64,000 nucleotides of DNA from a phage. The notes below the pieces were generated by a model, which was not told the DNA's origin, ran no database searches, and saw nothing but the letters and a program-made list of their open reading frames with translations. Shown piece after piece: positions 18,627-28,058 of this stretch. The number at the start of each line of letters is the position of its first letter. The stretch's first letter is position 1. The stretch is from sequence record NC_101837.1; one strand, given 5' to 3'. The translations under genes were made by a program, and so were the position numbers.

Positions 18627-19715
18627 ATGGCTGTATTTAATGCTGAGAACACCGCTCATAAAACTGGTGACTATCCGCTGTTTCTGGGACAGCAAATGGG
18701 TATGTACGACTCTATCAACAAAAAATATCCACAACTGTTTGAACTATACAAAAAACAAAAAGAGCAAGATTGGGCAGAGGATGAAGTGGATTTGTCGCAA
18801 TCTATTTCAGATTTTGTAACATGCTCAAAGTCAACTTATGACGTGATGGTGCAGACCTTGATGTGGCAATGGGAGGCTGATAGCGTTGCGGCAAGATCGA
18901 TCATCTGCCTCTTTTCACCATTCATCACTAATAGTGAGCTTTTCACTCTATTGATGAAACAGTCAGAGATTGAAGTTCTTCACGCACTAACTTACTCAGA
19001 GATTGTTAGACAATGCCTCCCTAATGCCCGTGAGATTATAGAAGAGATTCAGGAAAACCAAAACGTTCTGAGCAGATCCGGAGTTATTGTCAAATACATG
19101 CAAGAGCTTGAGGTTATTGGTGCAAAATACCGACTGGATCCTTCTAGTGTTGAAGAAGATGTTGTGCGGAAATGCATTCTTAGAGCGCTTTTTGCACTTT
19201 TAGCTCTGGAAAGTATTGAGTTTATTGCAAGTTTTGCATGCACTTTCGCAGTAGCTGAACAGGGTATCTTTGTTCAGGTGGCGCAGCTTGTTCAAAAAAT
19301 CATGCTTGACGAAATGCTACATTCGAAAGGTGATTTTGCCATCATTGATATCTTGCTTAATGATCCCGCATGGGAGAAAAGCTTCCTTGAGATAAAGGGG
19401 GAGTTAAAAGAGATTCTTGATGAAGTACGAACCAAAGAGTACGGTTGGAGTGACTATATTTTCAGCGAAGGAAGAGCGATTATAGGTCTTAACTCACCGT
19501 TGCTTAAAGAGTGGGTTGACTATAACTGCTCACCGATTTATGATTACTACGACATCGACAAAGACTTTGTGCCGCCAACAAAGGACCCGCTACCGTTTAT
19601 GCAGGTGTGGATGAAACCTTCATTGCAACAGACGGCGAACCAAGAAATGTCGAACACTGACTACCGCGTCAACACAACTGTTAACGACGCTGAAGAAGAA
19701 ATTTGGGAGTTTTAA
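18627..19715 (+). CDS. nrdB: ribonucleotide reductase class Ia small subunit
   Basis: MAVFNAENTAHKTGDYPLFLGQ... NrdB-like; ATG 18627 after terminator (track start 18567 is inside hairpin). Confidence 0.9.
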   Translation: MAVFNAENTAHKTGDYPLFLGQQMGMYDSINKKYPQLFELYKKQKEQDWAEDEVDLSQSISDFVTCSKSTYDVMVQTLMWQWEADSVAARSIICLFSPFITNSELFTLLMKQSEIEVLHALTYSEIVRQCLPNAREIIEEIQENQNVLSRSGVIVKYMQELEVIGAKYRLDPSSVEEDVVRKCILRALFALLALESIEFIASFACTFAVAEQGIFVQVAQLVQKIMLDEMLHSKGDFAIIDILLNDPAWEKSFLEIKGELKEILDEVRTKEYGWSDYIFSEGRAIIGLNSPLLKEWVDYNCSPIYDYYDIDKDFVPPTKDPLPFMQVWMKPSLQQTANQEMSNTDYRVNTTVNDAEEEIWEF

Positions 19716-19718
19716 TAT

Positions 19719-19997
19719 ATGAGCTGCGAAAAATCTTTTTTCATCATCATTTACGGTAAGGATAACTGCCCACATTGTGTCAGAGCAAAAGAATTTGCAA
19801 TCAGCAAAGGTCTGCCTTTTGTATATAAGACACTTGGCGAGGGCTACACAAAAGAAGAGCTTATTGAGAAGTGTAGTCCAATCGTCCCCAGAACGTTGCC
19901 GCAGATCTTCTTAGAAAGCGATCTTGACAGTGTCCATATAGGCGGTGCAGACGATTTCATCTCTTTTGTTAAGAATGGTTTTGGAGAGAAAAAGTGA
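19719..19997 (+). CDS. glutaredoxin / NrdH-like redoxin
   Basis: CPHC active site near N-terminus, 92 aa, between nrdB and nrdD. Confidence 0.7.
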   Translation: MSCEKSFFIIIYGKDNCPHCVRAKEFAISKGLPFVYKTLGEGYTKEELIEKCSPIVPRTLPQIFLESDLDSVHIGGADDFISFVKNGFGEKK

Positions 19998-20854
19998 AAG
20001 TTGTAAAACGGGACGGTAGAGAAGAGTTTTATAACGGAATTAAGGTGATCAAGGCGGCAGAGTCCGCCTTACTTGAGTCTGGACATACTGAAGAAGAAGC
20101 TTACCGGATAGCTTGTGCAGTTAATGAAGTTGTTGCTAACAATCTACCAACCGACCAGTGCACGATCTCTGTAAAAAATATCCATATCCTTGTTGAAGAT
20201 GCTCTTATGGATATGGGTTTAAAATGTGCAGCCAGAGAATACATCCAGTATAGACAGACAAGAGATAATAACAGAGAGGCAGGTGGAAAACTGCTTGCAG
20301 ATATTAGTGGCTTCTTGGATCGAACTTGTGATGAATTTACAAAAGAAAACGCAAATAAGCCTACTAATCATGTACACACTCATCGCGACCTGCTTGCAGG
20401 CATCCTTAGCAAACACCTTGCATCAACACAGATCCTGCCAGACCGTGTTTCAGAAGAGCACAATAAAGGCTTCATCCATGTGCATGATCTTGACTACTTG
20501 ATCAGTCCGTTAACAAACTGTTGTTTGGTAAATTATCCAGATATGTTGGAAAACGGATTCAACATTGGCAACGCCCATGTCAGTAAGCCGAAGTCAATAG
20601 GGGTTGCAACAACAATCCTTAGTCAAATCTCTAGCGCGGTAGCTAGTGCTCAATATGGTGGTCAGACTATGAGCCATATTGATCATTATCTGGCACAGTA
20701 TGCTGAAGCAACCTATGAGAAGAACCTTAAATTTTGCCAGGAACATTGGTTGCCGGATGCTGAAACTGTTGCAATGCAAATGACAGATAAAGACGTGTTT
20801 GACAGCATGCAGACGTTGCTTTATCAGATCAACACACTAACCTCGGTAAACGGT
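19994..20854 (+). CDS. nrdD: anaerobic ribonucleotide reductase NrdD, exon 1
   Basis: N-terminal ATP cone (VVKRDGREEFYNGIKV); frame ends at TAA 20855-20857 inside putative intron. Confidence 0.75.
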
Positions 20855-21105
20855 TAACAAACTGGCCGTTTTAAAACTCTGCTAACCTCAGTATGAGGGG
20901 TCAGCTGATCGCTGGCTAACGGGGAACGCTAAGGCGAAAGCTATGCCAATCCCGTGACTAGCTTCACAAGGAGTGAGGCGGTTGTAACGACTAACCTTTT
21001 GGTGTAGGGATTATGGAAGATTCCGAAACGCAGGGGTCTGATTAAGAATCACACGGTGTGATTTCAGGCAAGAGATAGTCTGGCCTTGTGGAAACATAAG
21101 GGTGG
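20855..21105 (+). ncRNA. putative ORF-less group I intron interrupting nrdD
   Basis: About 250 nt between nrdD frames; GTGACTAGC (P7 5' strand-like) and AAGAGATAGTCTGG (P7 3' strand-like); boundaries inferred from U before 5' splice site and G before exon 2, +/- a few nt. Confidence 0.55.
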
Positions 21106-22374
21106 GGACCGCAAACCCCTTTTATCACATTAAGTTTAGGTTTGGACACTTCGGTCTTTGGTAGAATGATTACCAAAAATTACTTGAAAGTCCACAAAAT
21201 GGGTCTTGGTGAAGAACGTATCACACCTGTGTTCCCTAAAGTGCTGTTCTTCCTGGAAGAGGGTGTCAACATGAACCCTGGGGATCCTAACTATGATTTG
21301 AAACGATTAGCTCTGGAATGCTGTGCAGAACGTATCTATCCTGACTTCGTATCTGTACCACTAAATAGAAAAGTGACAGGCTCGACAGATGGCAAAGTAA
21401 CTAGCATGGGTTGCAGGAGTTTTCTTAGCAAATACAATGACTTGGAAACAGGCGAGGAGAAATACCTTGGCAGATTTAACTTAGGCGTTGTTAGCCTTAA
21501 CCTGCCAATGATTGCGGCAAAAGCTAAGACGGAAGGTGTTGATTTCTTTGCAGTTCTTGACGAATACTTGGATCTTGCATATGAGGCTCACCTTGTAAGG
21601 GTTAACCGTCTAAAAGGAACAAAGGCAGGGCAGAACCCCATCATGTGGTGTGAAGGCGCTCTTGCTCGCCTGGATCCTGAAGAGAGTATTGATAAACTCT
21701 TCTATGACGGGTACGCTTCCATCAGTATTGGGTATATTGGTGTGTATGAAACCTGTCAGATTTTGGGCAGAGAGGGTGACAAGGCTTTAGCTCTTGGAAT
21801 CCTTCAGCACATGAGAGATGCTTGTGAGCGATACAAGAAGGAAAGTAGACTAGCATTTAGCTTGTACGGCACTCCTTCTGAGAGTCTATGCTATAAAGCT
21901 GCAACCTGTCTGGATCGTGAATATCCGGAAGTGTTGAAGCACGAGCATGAATATCTCACCAACAGTTTCCATCAGCCAGTGTGGATAAATAGCTCTCCTT
22001 TTGATAAGTGGGAGTATGAGGAAGGTTTTGCTATGATCTCCTCTGGTGGCAACATTGGATACGTAGAGACACCTAACCTGAAAAACAACCTGGATGCTTT
22101 AGAGGCTCTTGTTGACTTCGGGTATAAACATATTATGTATTTTGGTATTAACCAACCTGTGGATAAATGTCTCAAGTGTGGTTTCTCTGGTGAGTTCAGT
22201 GCAACAGCTAAAGGGTTCTGCTGCCCTGCGTGCGGATGCCACGATGAACAATATATCTCAGTGATCCGAAGAGTGTCTGGATATCTTTCCAGTCCTAACT
22301 CCCGTCCTTACAATAAAGGTAAGCAAGCGGAAGTTATCGAGCGAGTTAAGCACTACGGAAGTTGTGGTTGCTGA
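21106..22374 (+). CDS. nrdD: anaerobic ribonucleotide reductase NrdD, exon 2
   Basis: Exon-2 frame opens at 21100 (GWGPQTPF...) upstream of track start 21142; C-terminal glycyl-radical motif RVSGYL. Confidence 0.7.
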   Translation, partial: GPQTPFITLSLGLDTSVFGRMITKNYLKVHKMGLGEERITPVFPKVLFFLEEGVNMNPGDPNYDLKRLALECCAERIYPDFVSVPLNRKVTGSTDGKVTSMGCRSFLSKYNDLETGEEKYLGRFNLGVVSLNLPMIAAKAKTEGVDFFAVLDEYLDLAYEAHLVRVNRLKGTKAGQNPIMWCEGALARLDPEESIDKLFYDGYASISIGYIGVYETCQILGREGDKALALGILQHMRDACERYKKESRLAFSLYGTPSESLCYKAATCLDREYPEVLKHEHEYLTNSFHQPVWINSSPFDKWEYEEGFAMISSGGNIGYVETPNLKNNLDALEALVDFGYKHIMYFGINQPVDKCLKCGFSGEFSATAKGFCCPACGCHDEQYISVIRRVSGYLSSPNSRPYNKGKQAEVIERVKHYGSCGC

Positions 22375-22411
22375 TACTTGACAAAAGCCACAAGGATGTG
22401 GCACTATACAG

Positions 22412-23404
22412 ATGTTTAGGGAAGTTAGGAAACAAGAAATGGCTAAATTATCAACAGAAGAGTTTATAGAGAAGGCGAAAATCATTCACGGTTATAAATA
22501 CGATTACACGAAAACAGTGTACGTGGATTGCTATGCGAAGGTTTGCATTACCTGCCAAATCCATGGGGATTTTATGCAAGCACCTTGTAAACACTTGCAA
22601 GGTCGTGGTTGTCCTTTTTGTGCAAAACTTTCTCGTGCTGCAAAGTGTAATAAAGGTCTTAAATTTGTAGAAAGGGCCAAAGAAATCCATGGAGATAAAT
22701 ATGACTACTCTCTCGTATACTACAAGACTTGCAAAGACAGGGTAGAAATAATCTGCAACACTTGTGGAAATCACTTTACACAGACACCTGATAACCATAT
22801 AAATTTGAAAAGAGGTTGTCCAGTTTGCAAGGGGTCAAGAATCTCACAAAGTAAAACATCACCACACGAAAAGTGGGTTGAGTCCATAAGAAGTAGAAAT
22901 CCTTATGTTGAGATATTGGAAGAAATTATTGGGTGGGATAAGAAAGTCCTGTGCTGCTGTAAAGGTTGTAGCCACACATGGTTAACCGTACCAAGCAGTC
23001 TTAAGCAGGGACATGCTTGCCCTAGATGCGCTAAAACAGGATTTTTATCACACGATAACGGAAAACTCTACATTATGGTTGATGATCCAGAAGTACCTAC
23101 ATTTATGAAAATAGGGGTCAGTCATAATGAAAGTAAGCGAAGAGACCAGATACTTAAAAGTGCACAAAGATCTAGAGCTGGTATCCGCGATCTTCACATA
23201 GTGAAAACGTTGGAAGGATCAACTGAAAACATGCTGGCTGTAGAAAAATCTATGCACAAAGCCTTCAGTAAATATAAAATAAACTTCCCTGTAAAATTTG
23301 ATGGTAGTACCGAATTCTTTAACTACAGACCTGAAGTGTTCAGTATGGTAGAATCAGCGCACAGAGAGATTTGTTGTAAACATAGGACAGGTAATAACCT
23401 GTAG
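22412..23404 (+). CDS. homing-endonuclease-like protein: three zinc fingers plus T5orf172 (GIY-YIG-like) domain
   Basis: Three CxxC...H...C..C repeats, then KLYIMVDDPEVPTFMKIGVS ... GSTEFF typical of T5orf172. Confidence 0.6.
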   Translation: MFREVRKQEMAKLSTEEFIEKAKIIHGYKYDYTKTVYVDCYAKVCITCQIHGDFMQAPCKHLQGRGCPFCAKLSRAAKCNKGLKFVERAKEIHGDKYDYSLVYYKTCKDRVEIICNTCGNHFTQTPDNHINLKRGCPVCKGSRISQSKTSPHEKWVESIRSRNPYVEILEEIIGWDKKVLCCCKGCSHTWLTVPSSLKQGHACPRCAKTGFLSHDNGKLYIMVDDPEVPTFMKIGVSHNESKRRDQILKSAQRSRAGIRDLHIVKTLEGSTENMLAVEKSMHKAFSKYKINFPVKFDGSTEFFNYRPEVFSMVESAHREICCKHRTGNNL

Positions 23405-23452
23405 AGCCATATATCAACCTTTAAACATGTTATAAACTAAAGGAGGTGCAGC

Positions 23453-23569
23453 ATGTCATCAGGCATTTATAAAATTTGCAAGTGTGGTTGTCGTTGCAAT
23501 CTTCGTTGGTGCAAGGCACTGGACGATTTTATTTGGCATTGCCCTGAATGTGATACGGAGTATCTATGA
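23453..23569 (+). CDS. small Cys-rich zinc-ribbon protein (38 aa)
   Basis: AAGGAGG RBS then MSSGIYKICKCGCRCN...CPECDTEYL; ATGA overlap with nrdG start. Confidence 0.45.
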   Translation: MSSGIYKICKCGCRCNLRWCKALDDFIWHCPECDTEYL

Positions 23570-24039
23570 ACATTGTCGGATACACAGAAGTATCTTACAC
23601 AGAAGGGCCAGGTATTAGAACTGCCTTGTGGGTATCTGGGTGCCCACACGCTTGCCCTGGTTGCTTTAATCAGGCATTTTGGTCAAAAGATAAGGGGAGG
23701 GAGTTCACTGAAGAAGATTTGCAAAAAATCTTGTCAGATCTGGATAACCCGTCTGTGTGCGGTATCTCTCTGCTGGGTGGAGAACCCTTAGCATACTATA
23801 ATGAGCCAGGTATTATTAGCCTGATGGAGAAAATTAAGGAAAAATTTGGTGACAAGAAAACTATTCTTGTATATACTGGGTTCACATTTGACCATATCTC
23901 TAGTGATGTTCTTAAACTGGCTGATATCATCATTGACGGTAAGTATGTAAAAGATTTACCAACCAAGAAACCGTTCCGAGGCAGTGATAACCAAAGAATG
24001 TTTAAAAAAGTATCAGGCGGTTGGGTTCAGGTAGACTAG
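23566..24039 (+). CDS. nrdG: anaerobic RNR activating protein (radical SAM)
   Basis: CPHACPGCFN cysteine cluster and GISLLGGEPL motif. Confidence 0.8.
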   Translation: MNIVGYTEVSYTEGPGIRTALWVSGCPHACPGCFNQAFWSKDKGREFTEEDLQKILSDLDNPSVCGISLLGGEPLAYYNEPGIISLMEKIKEKFGDKKTILVYTGFTFDHISSDVLKLADIIIDGKYVKDLPTKKPFRGSDNQRMFKKVSGGWVQVD

Positions 24040-24042
24040 TTG

Positions 24043-24072
24043 TTGACAAAGCTTTGTTTAGATAGGTATAAT
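24043..24072 (+). promoter_or_regulatory. sigma70-like promoter with palindrome at -35
   Basis: TTGACA, 18-bp spacer, TATAAT; 12-bp palindrome ACAAAGCTTTGT overlaps -35. Confidence 0.65.
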
Positions 24073-24103
24073 TATCGTAAAATGAAAGCAGAGGAGGTGC
24101 CAA

Positions 24104-24217
24104 ATGGCTAAAAAAGCCTTGAAGAAGGCGTACAAGAAAGAGATTGCGCTTGAGCTTAAGAAAAAACACAAGCGTGAAAAGAAACATCATGAAGATGAAG
24201 AGGGGGTGCAACAGTGA
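24104..24217 (+). CDS. small lysine-rich peptide (37 aa)
   Basis: GAGGAGG RBS, MAKKALKKAYKKEIALELKKKHKREKKHHEDEEGVQQ. Confidence 0.4.
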   Translation: MAKKALKKAYKKEIALELKKKHKREKKHHEDEEGVQQ

Positions 24218-24564
24218 CACAAGAACGTATCGATTTGGCTAATAAGTTTGTAGACCTCATTTTGCCACGGTTAGTTACTCAACATGCAGATGCTATTTCT
24301 ACTAATCTTGATGGCTTACGCCTAATGCTGAATCGCACAGATGACCCTCGTATTCGGGCTGATTTAGAAGCCTCTGCCAACAAACTGGAAAAGTTCTTGC
24401 AAGTAGACACGCAAGAAGCCTTGCACAAGATTATGGTGGAAGGTTTCTCTAAAGAATTTACCATTAAAGAGCTTAAGGAGCTGATCCACCAAGAAGAGAT
24501 GAATATCCGAGTTCAGGCTGTTGCAAGCAGCATGGAAGCGGCTATTGAAAAACTGTTGCAGTAA
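24214..24564 (+). CDS. hypothetical protein (116 aa)
   Basis: GTG start overlapping upstream stop. Confidence 0.45.
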   Translation: MTQERIDLANKFVDLILPRLVTQHADAISTNLDGLRLMLNRTDDPRIRADLEASANKLEKFLQVDTQEALHKIMVEGFSKEFTIKELKELIHQEEMNIRVQAVASSMEAAIEKLLQ

Positions 24565-24602
24565 AAGTACTTGGCACATCTCAATCTGAAAGGAGTCCCA
24601 AC

Positions 24603-25391
24603 ATGGGTCGAGCTAAAGAAACAAAACGCATGCGTGATGAAGCTAGAGAGGCTCGCAAATCTGATCGCCTGCGTAAGGCTGCTGAGAAATTTGCTGACGA
24701 AAGAGAGCACACCGCTCCAGCTCTCCGACCAATGAATAAGAAGCAGCAAAAGTATCTTGATTATCTAGGGTCACGTAAGATTATTATTGTAAACGGCGTG
24801 TTTGGATCCGGTAAGACATTTATGGCATCTGCATATGCAGGTGATCTTCTGCGTAAGAACGAGATTGATAAGATCATTGTTGCACGTCCTTACGTCCAGA
24901 CAGGAAAGACTTCAGGATTTAAACCCGGAAATGCAATGCAGAAACTGTGGCCCTATCTTCGAAGCATGATGGACACGATTTGTCGTCGTGTTGGCAAAGG
25001 TGCTTTTGCCGCAATGCTGGGAGACGGTCAGAACAGTCGTATCGAGATTTGTGAAGTTGAAAGCATTCGTGGTCGTAGTTTCGATGAGCGATGCTTTGTC
25101 CTGATTGACGAGGCACAGCAAACTAACCCTGAAGAAATGTTGTCAATTATCACAAGGATCTCTGATCAAGCCACCCTTGTAATTATGGGTGATAATAGCC
25201 AACGTGACATCCCTGGTAAATCTGGCCTTGCATGGGTGACGGATTTCTTTACTCGTCATCCAGATCCTGAGGTTGGAATGATCAGCTTTGATAGTCCAGA
25301 CGATGTCGTTCGTTCCGGGTTGGGTCGTCAAATCGCACTCAATCTTATTGAGGATCGTGCAAATCATATTTGGACCCCTGTTTCCGAGTAA
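24603..25391 (+). CDS. phoH: PhoH-like ATPase
   Basis: Walker A VNGVFGSGKTFMA, Walker B FVLIDEAQ. Confidence 0.8.
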   Translation: MGRAKETKRMRDEAREARKSDRLRKAAEKFADEREHTAPALRPMNKKQQKYLDYLGSRKIIIVNGVFGSGKTFMASAYAGDLLRKNEIDKIIVARPYVQTGKTSGFKPGNAMQKLWPYLRSMMDTICRRVGKGAFAAMLGDGQNSRIEICEVESIRGRSFDERCFVLIDEAQQTNPEEMLSIITRISDQATLVIMGDNSQRDIPGKSGLAWVTDFFTRHPDPEVGMISFDSPDDVVRSGLGRQIALNLIEDRANHIWTPVSE

Positions 25392-25396
25392 TACAG

Positions 25397-25420
25397 AAGG
25401 GTGGTTATTCCACCCTTAAA
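25397..25420 (+). terminator. putative terminator hairpin
   Basis: GGGTGG/CCACCC stem with TTATT loop after phoH stop. Confidence 0.5.
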
Positions 25421-25435
25421 TATCTAAAACAGTTG

Positions 25436-25464
25436 TTGACAAACAGGTAAGCTTTAGATATTAT
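25436..25464 (+). promoter_or_regulatory. sigma70-like promoter
   Basis: TTGACA, 17 bp, TATTAT. Confidence 0.6.
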
Positions 25465-25494
25465 TATCGGACAAGACAAGGAGAAGGAGATAGT

Positions 25495-25806
25495 ATGGCT
25501 ACAATACAAGAGAGACTGAATAAAATATACTGCCTGTTTGTCTATAACGGCGAGACAATTTTGGCAAATAAAGGATCCAAGAATGTGTGGATCAAGGACA
25601 GCGGTGGTAATATAATCAACTTAGCGTTGCTACGTGAGCGCCGACACAGATTCTTTATCGAGTCTCGAATTATTGAAAGCAGCACTTGCTACAGAACAGG
25701 CGATAAAGTAATTGTTGACAATGATACGTGGTATGTGGTAGATTGGCAATCATTGAGTTGTGATGCTTCTGACAATCGTAAGTACTCCATAGTGATTGCT
25801 AAATAA
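25495..25806 (+). CDS. hypothetical protein (103 aa)
   Basis: ORF after promoter with GGAGAAGGAGA RBS. Confidence 0.45.
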   Translation: MATIQERLNKIYCLFVYNGETILANKGSKNVWIKDSGGNIINLALLRERRHRFFIESRIIESSTCYRTGDKVIVDNDTWYVVDWQSLSCDASDNRKYSIVIAK

Positions 25807-25866
25807 AGGTAAATGTGAATCAGGTTTAAATAAATAGCTTTCAACTTCCAATATTAAGGATTTCTC

Positions 25867-26916
25867 ATGAATTTAACACCTCGCAGCACCATGGTACACG
25901 GCATGAAAGAAAAACAGAACGGTTTCGAACCTATGAGTAATAAAATGTTTGGTATGCCGGGCGGTATCATGGAAACATACAGCTACCCAACACCTGTTGT
26001 TGACCACGTTCTTTATATCGACGATTTGGAGGACCTGCAGGATCATATGTCTCGTCTGCAGACGATCCGTATGGCTCAGCCGGAAGAAAGCATTCGTGTG
26101 ATCATCAATAGCCCTGGTGGTTGCGTGCACATTGCAATGGCCTATCTGCAGGCATTCCGCGAGTCTCAGGCAAGCGTTGTTGCACATGCTGAAGGGATGT
26201 GCTGCTCTGCTGGAACAATCTTATGGCTTGGTTGCAAAGAACGTACTGTGGCTCCGGACACAGAATTTATGTTCCACTACTATCAAGGTGGCACTTATGG
26301 TAACGGTGTTAACATGAATACTCAGGTCAGCTACTGGAAAAAACGTTTTGAACACCTGATCGAAAAATACTACGGTGGGGTGCTGACAGAAGATGAGATC
26401 GCATCCATCACAGCTGGTGGCGAAGTGTGGTTGGACGGAGAAGAGTTGGCAGCACGCACTGGAGCTATTATTCTGGATGAAGGCAACATACAACGCATCC
26501 AGAACGGACAAAAACCGAAAAAGCTTCTGGCAAAAGGTGATGAAGAAGGCGTGTTAGGTGAAGCAGGTCTTCCGGAGATTCATCAGTGCACATCTTTAGA
26601 TGAGTTAGTTCATGCTGTTGAATCTGCAAAAGCGGGTGGTTCGAAAGGTGATGTTCACACTGTGTTCCTGAATCTGCAGATGGAAAGTGGCGAGACCGTC
26701 CGAATTGCCCTGGGTGAGATTACTTCAGAAGATCTGCAGAGATTCTCTGTCGTTGAACTTCAGGATATTCTGTCTCAATTGAAGACTACTCTGAACGGCG
26801 GTGAAGAGGTTAAGGTGAAAGATAAGACTCGCAAGCGTCTTGTGGACAATATTATTAAAACAGCAAAAGAGCTCAATGAAAAAATCCTTGGTGCAGGAAT
26901 TGTCGAAGAAGCTTAA
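25867..26916 (+). CDS. ClpP-family serine peptidase with C-terminal extension
   Basis: INSPGG, catalytic-Ser region AEGMCCSAGTILWLG, His region MFHYYQGGTYG; about 150-aa acidic extension. Confidence 0.65.
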   Translation: MNLTPRSTMVHGMKEKQNGFEPMSNKMFGMPGGIMETYSYPTPVVDHVLYIDDLEDLQDHMSRLQTIRMAQPEESIRVIINSPGGCVHIAMAYLQAFRESQASVVAHAEGMCCSAGTILWLGCKERTVAPDTEFMFHYYQGGTYGNGVNMNTQVSYWKKRFEHLIEKYYGGVLTEDEIASITAGGEVWLDGEELAARTGAIILDEGNIQRIQNGQKPKKLLAKGDEEGVLGEAGLPEIHQCTSLDELVHAVESAKAGGSKGDVHTVFLNLQMESGETVRIALGEITSEDLQRFSVVELQDILSQLKTTLNGGEEVKVKDKTRKRLVDNIIKTAKELNEKILGAGIVEEA

Positions 26917-26927
26917 ACATTAATTCT

Positions 26928-26952
26928 AAAGCCCTCTTCGGAGGGCTTTTAT
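26928..26952 (+). terminator. intrinsic terminator
   Basis: AAAGCCCTC-TTCG-GAGGGCTTT then T run. Confidence 0.6.
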
Positions 26953-26967
26953 GATCTGGAGATTTGC

Positions 26968-27501
26968 ATGACTTGTGCTAGAAAACCTGATGAACAACGT
27001 AACGCCTACGATGAGTATGTGACACCGGAATGGTGTGCAGAAGGGCTGTATGACCTTATTCCGTTCCCAGAAGACTGGACCTACTTAGAGCCTTGCAGGA
27101 ATAGTGCCTCAGGTGTGTTCTACTCCCGTATGCCGTTAGGATCTGCATGGGGAGAAATCCAAGAAGGTGTTGACTATCTGAATACAGAATACAACCATGT
27201 TGACTGTATTATCACCAACCCGCCGTACAGCCTGGCTCGTGAGTTTGTGAACAAGGCGTTGAAAGATGCCGACGTAGTTATTATGCTTTTGCGTCTTAAT
27301 TTTCTGGAAAGCAAAGCCAGATTTGAATGGTGGCTTGATAATGCACCTACTACTGTGATCACAATATCTAAGCGTCCATCATTTCAATCAAACGGCAGAA
27401 CTGACGGGCAAGCATATGCATATTTTGTGTGGGATAAGAAAAACCGTTTAGACTTGCCGCCGTTTATGTGGTTGGCACCCCCAGAGGTAGACCTGAAATG
27501 A
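26968..27501 (+). CDS. small DNA N6-adenine methyltransferase (phage Dam-like)
   Basis: IITNPPYS motif; 177 aa. Confidence 0.5.
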   Translation: MTCARKPDEQRNAYDEYVTPEWCAEGLYDLIPFPEDWTYLEPCRNSASGVFYSRMPLGSAWGEIQEGVDYLNTEYNHVDCIITNPPYSLAREFVNKALKDADVVIMLLRLNFLESKARFEWWLDNAPTTVITISKRPSFQSNGRTDGQAYAYFVWDKKNRLDLPPFMWLAPPEVDLK

Positions 27502-27782
27502 AAATGAGTGCTAAGGACAAATTACACCAGCTAGCGCTAAAACGCCCTGTAACGCTCCCTGACGAGCTTAACTCCATTTATGATGCGATTGTAGGGGAGA
27601 TACAAAATAAAGCGTTAGCAGGCTTTCTGGGGTGCGGATTTTCGATAAATCTACCCTCGCATCTCTCAGATTACTTCCCGCACATTGTTGGAGATTTAAG
27701 GGCAGGAGGTCTGCAGGTAGATGTTGTTGGCATCTCCCCAGAGAAAAATAATACGGTTGCCTACTTGACAGTAACCTGGTAG
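27498..27782 (+). CDS. hypothetical protein
   Basis: Internal ATG of track ORF 27468..27782. Confidence 0.4.
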   Translation: MKMSAKDKLHQLALKRPVTLPDELNSIYDAIVGEIQNKALAGFLGCGFSINLPSHLSDYFPHIVGDLRAGGLQVDVVGISPEKNNTVAYLTVTW

Positions 27783-27818
27783 TTGTGTATTGTTGTTTTC
27801 AACAAGAGGGGGTCATTT

Positions 27819-28058
27819 ATGTACAAGTCATTTTCAATCTACTCAAGACAGGCGAAACACTACACAGAGATCCTGATCACTCAGAAAAAATCTGTGGAAG
27901 GTGAGTGGGAATATCACCATAAAATGTTGCGTCCAGACTGGGTTTTTGATAGACTTATTGCTATGATCCCTCTCGGAGAAGTATACCCTCTGACAGCCCA
28001 TCGCGATGCTTGGGATTTAATTGATTACATAGATTCATTTAAGGAGCCTAGATTATGA
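27819..28058 (+). CDS. hypothetical protein
   Basis: ATG after GAGGGGG RBS. Confidence 0.4.
   Translation: MYKSFSIYSRQAKHYTEILITQKKSVEGEWEYHHKMLRPDWVFDRLIAMIPLGEVYPLTAHRDAWDLIDYIDSFKEPRL

Noticed and set aside
14492-24039. Nucleotide-metabolism cluster as a hypermodified-base pathway
   Set aside because: Only canonical enzymes are recognisable (ThyX, dNMP kinase, HAD nucleotidase, RNRs, glutaredoxin); no dCMP/dUMP hydroxymethylase, glycosyltransferase or aminotransferase homolog was recognised.
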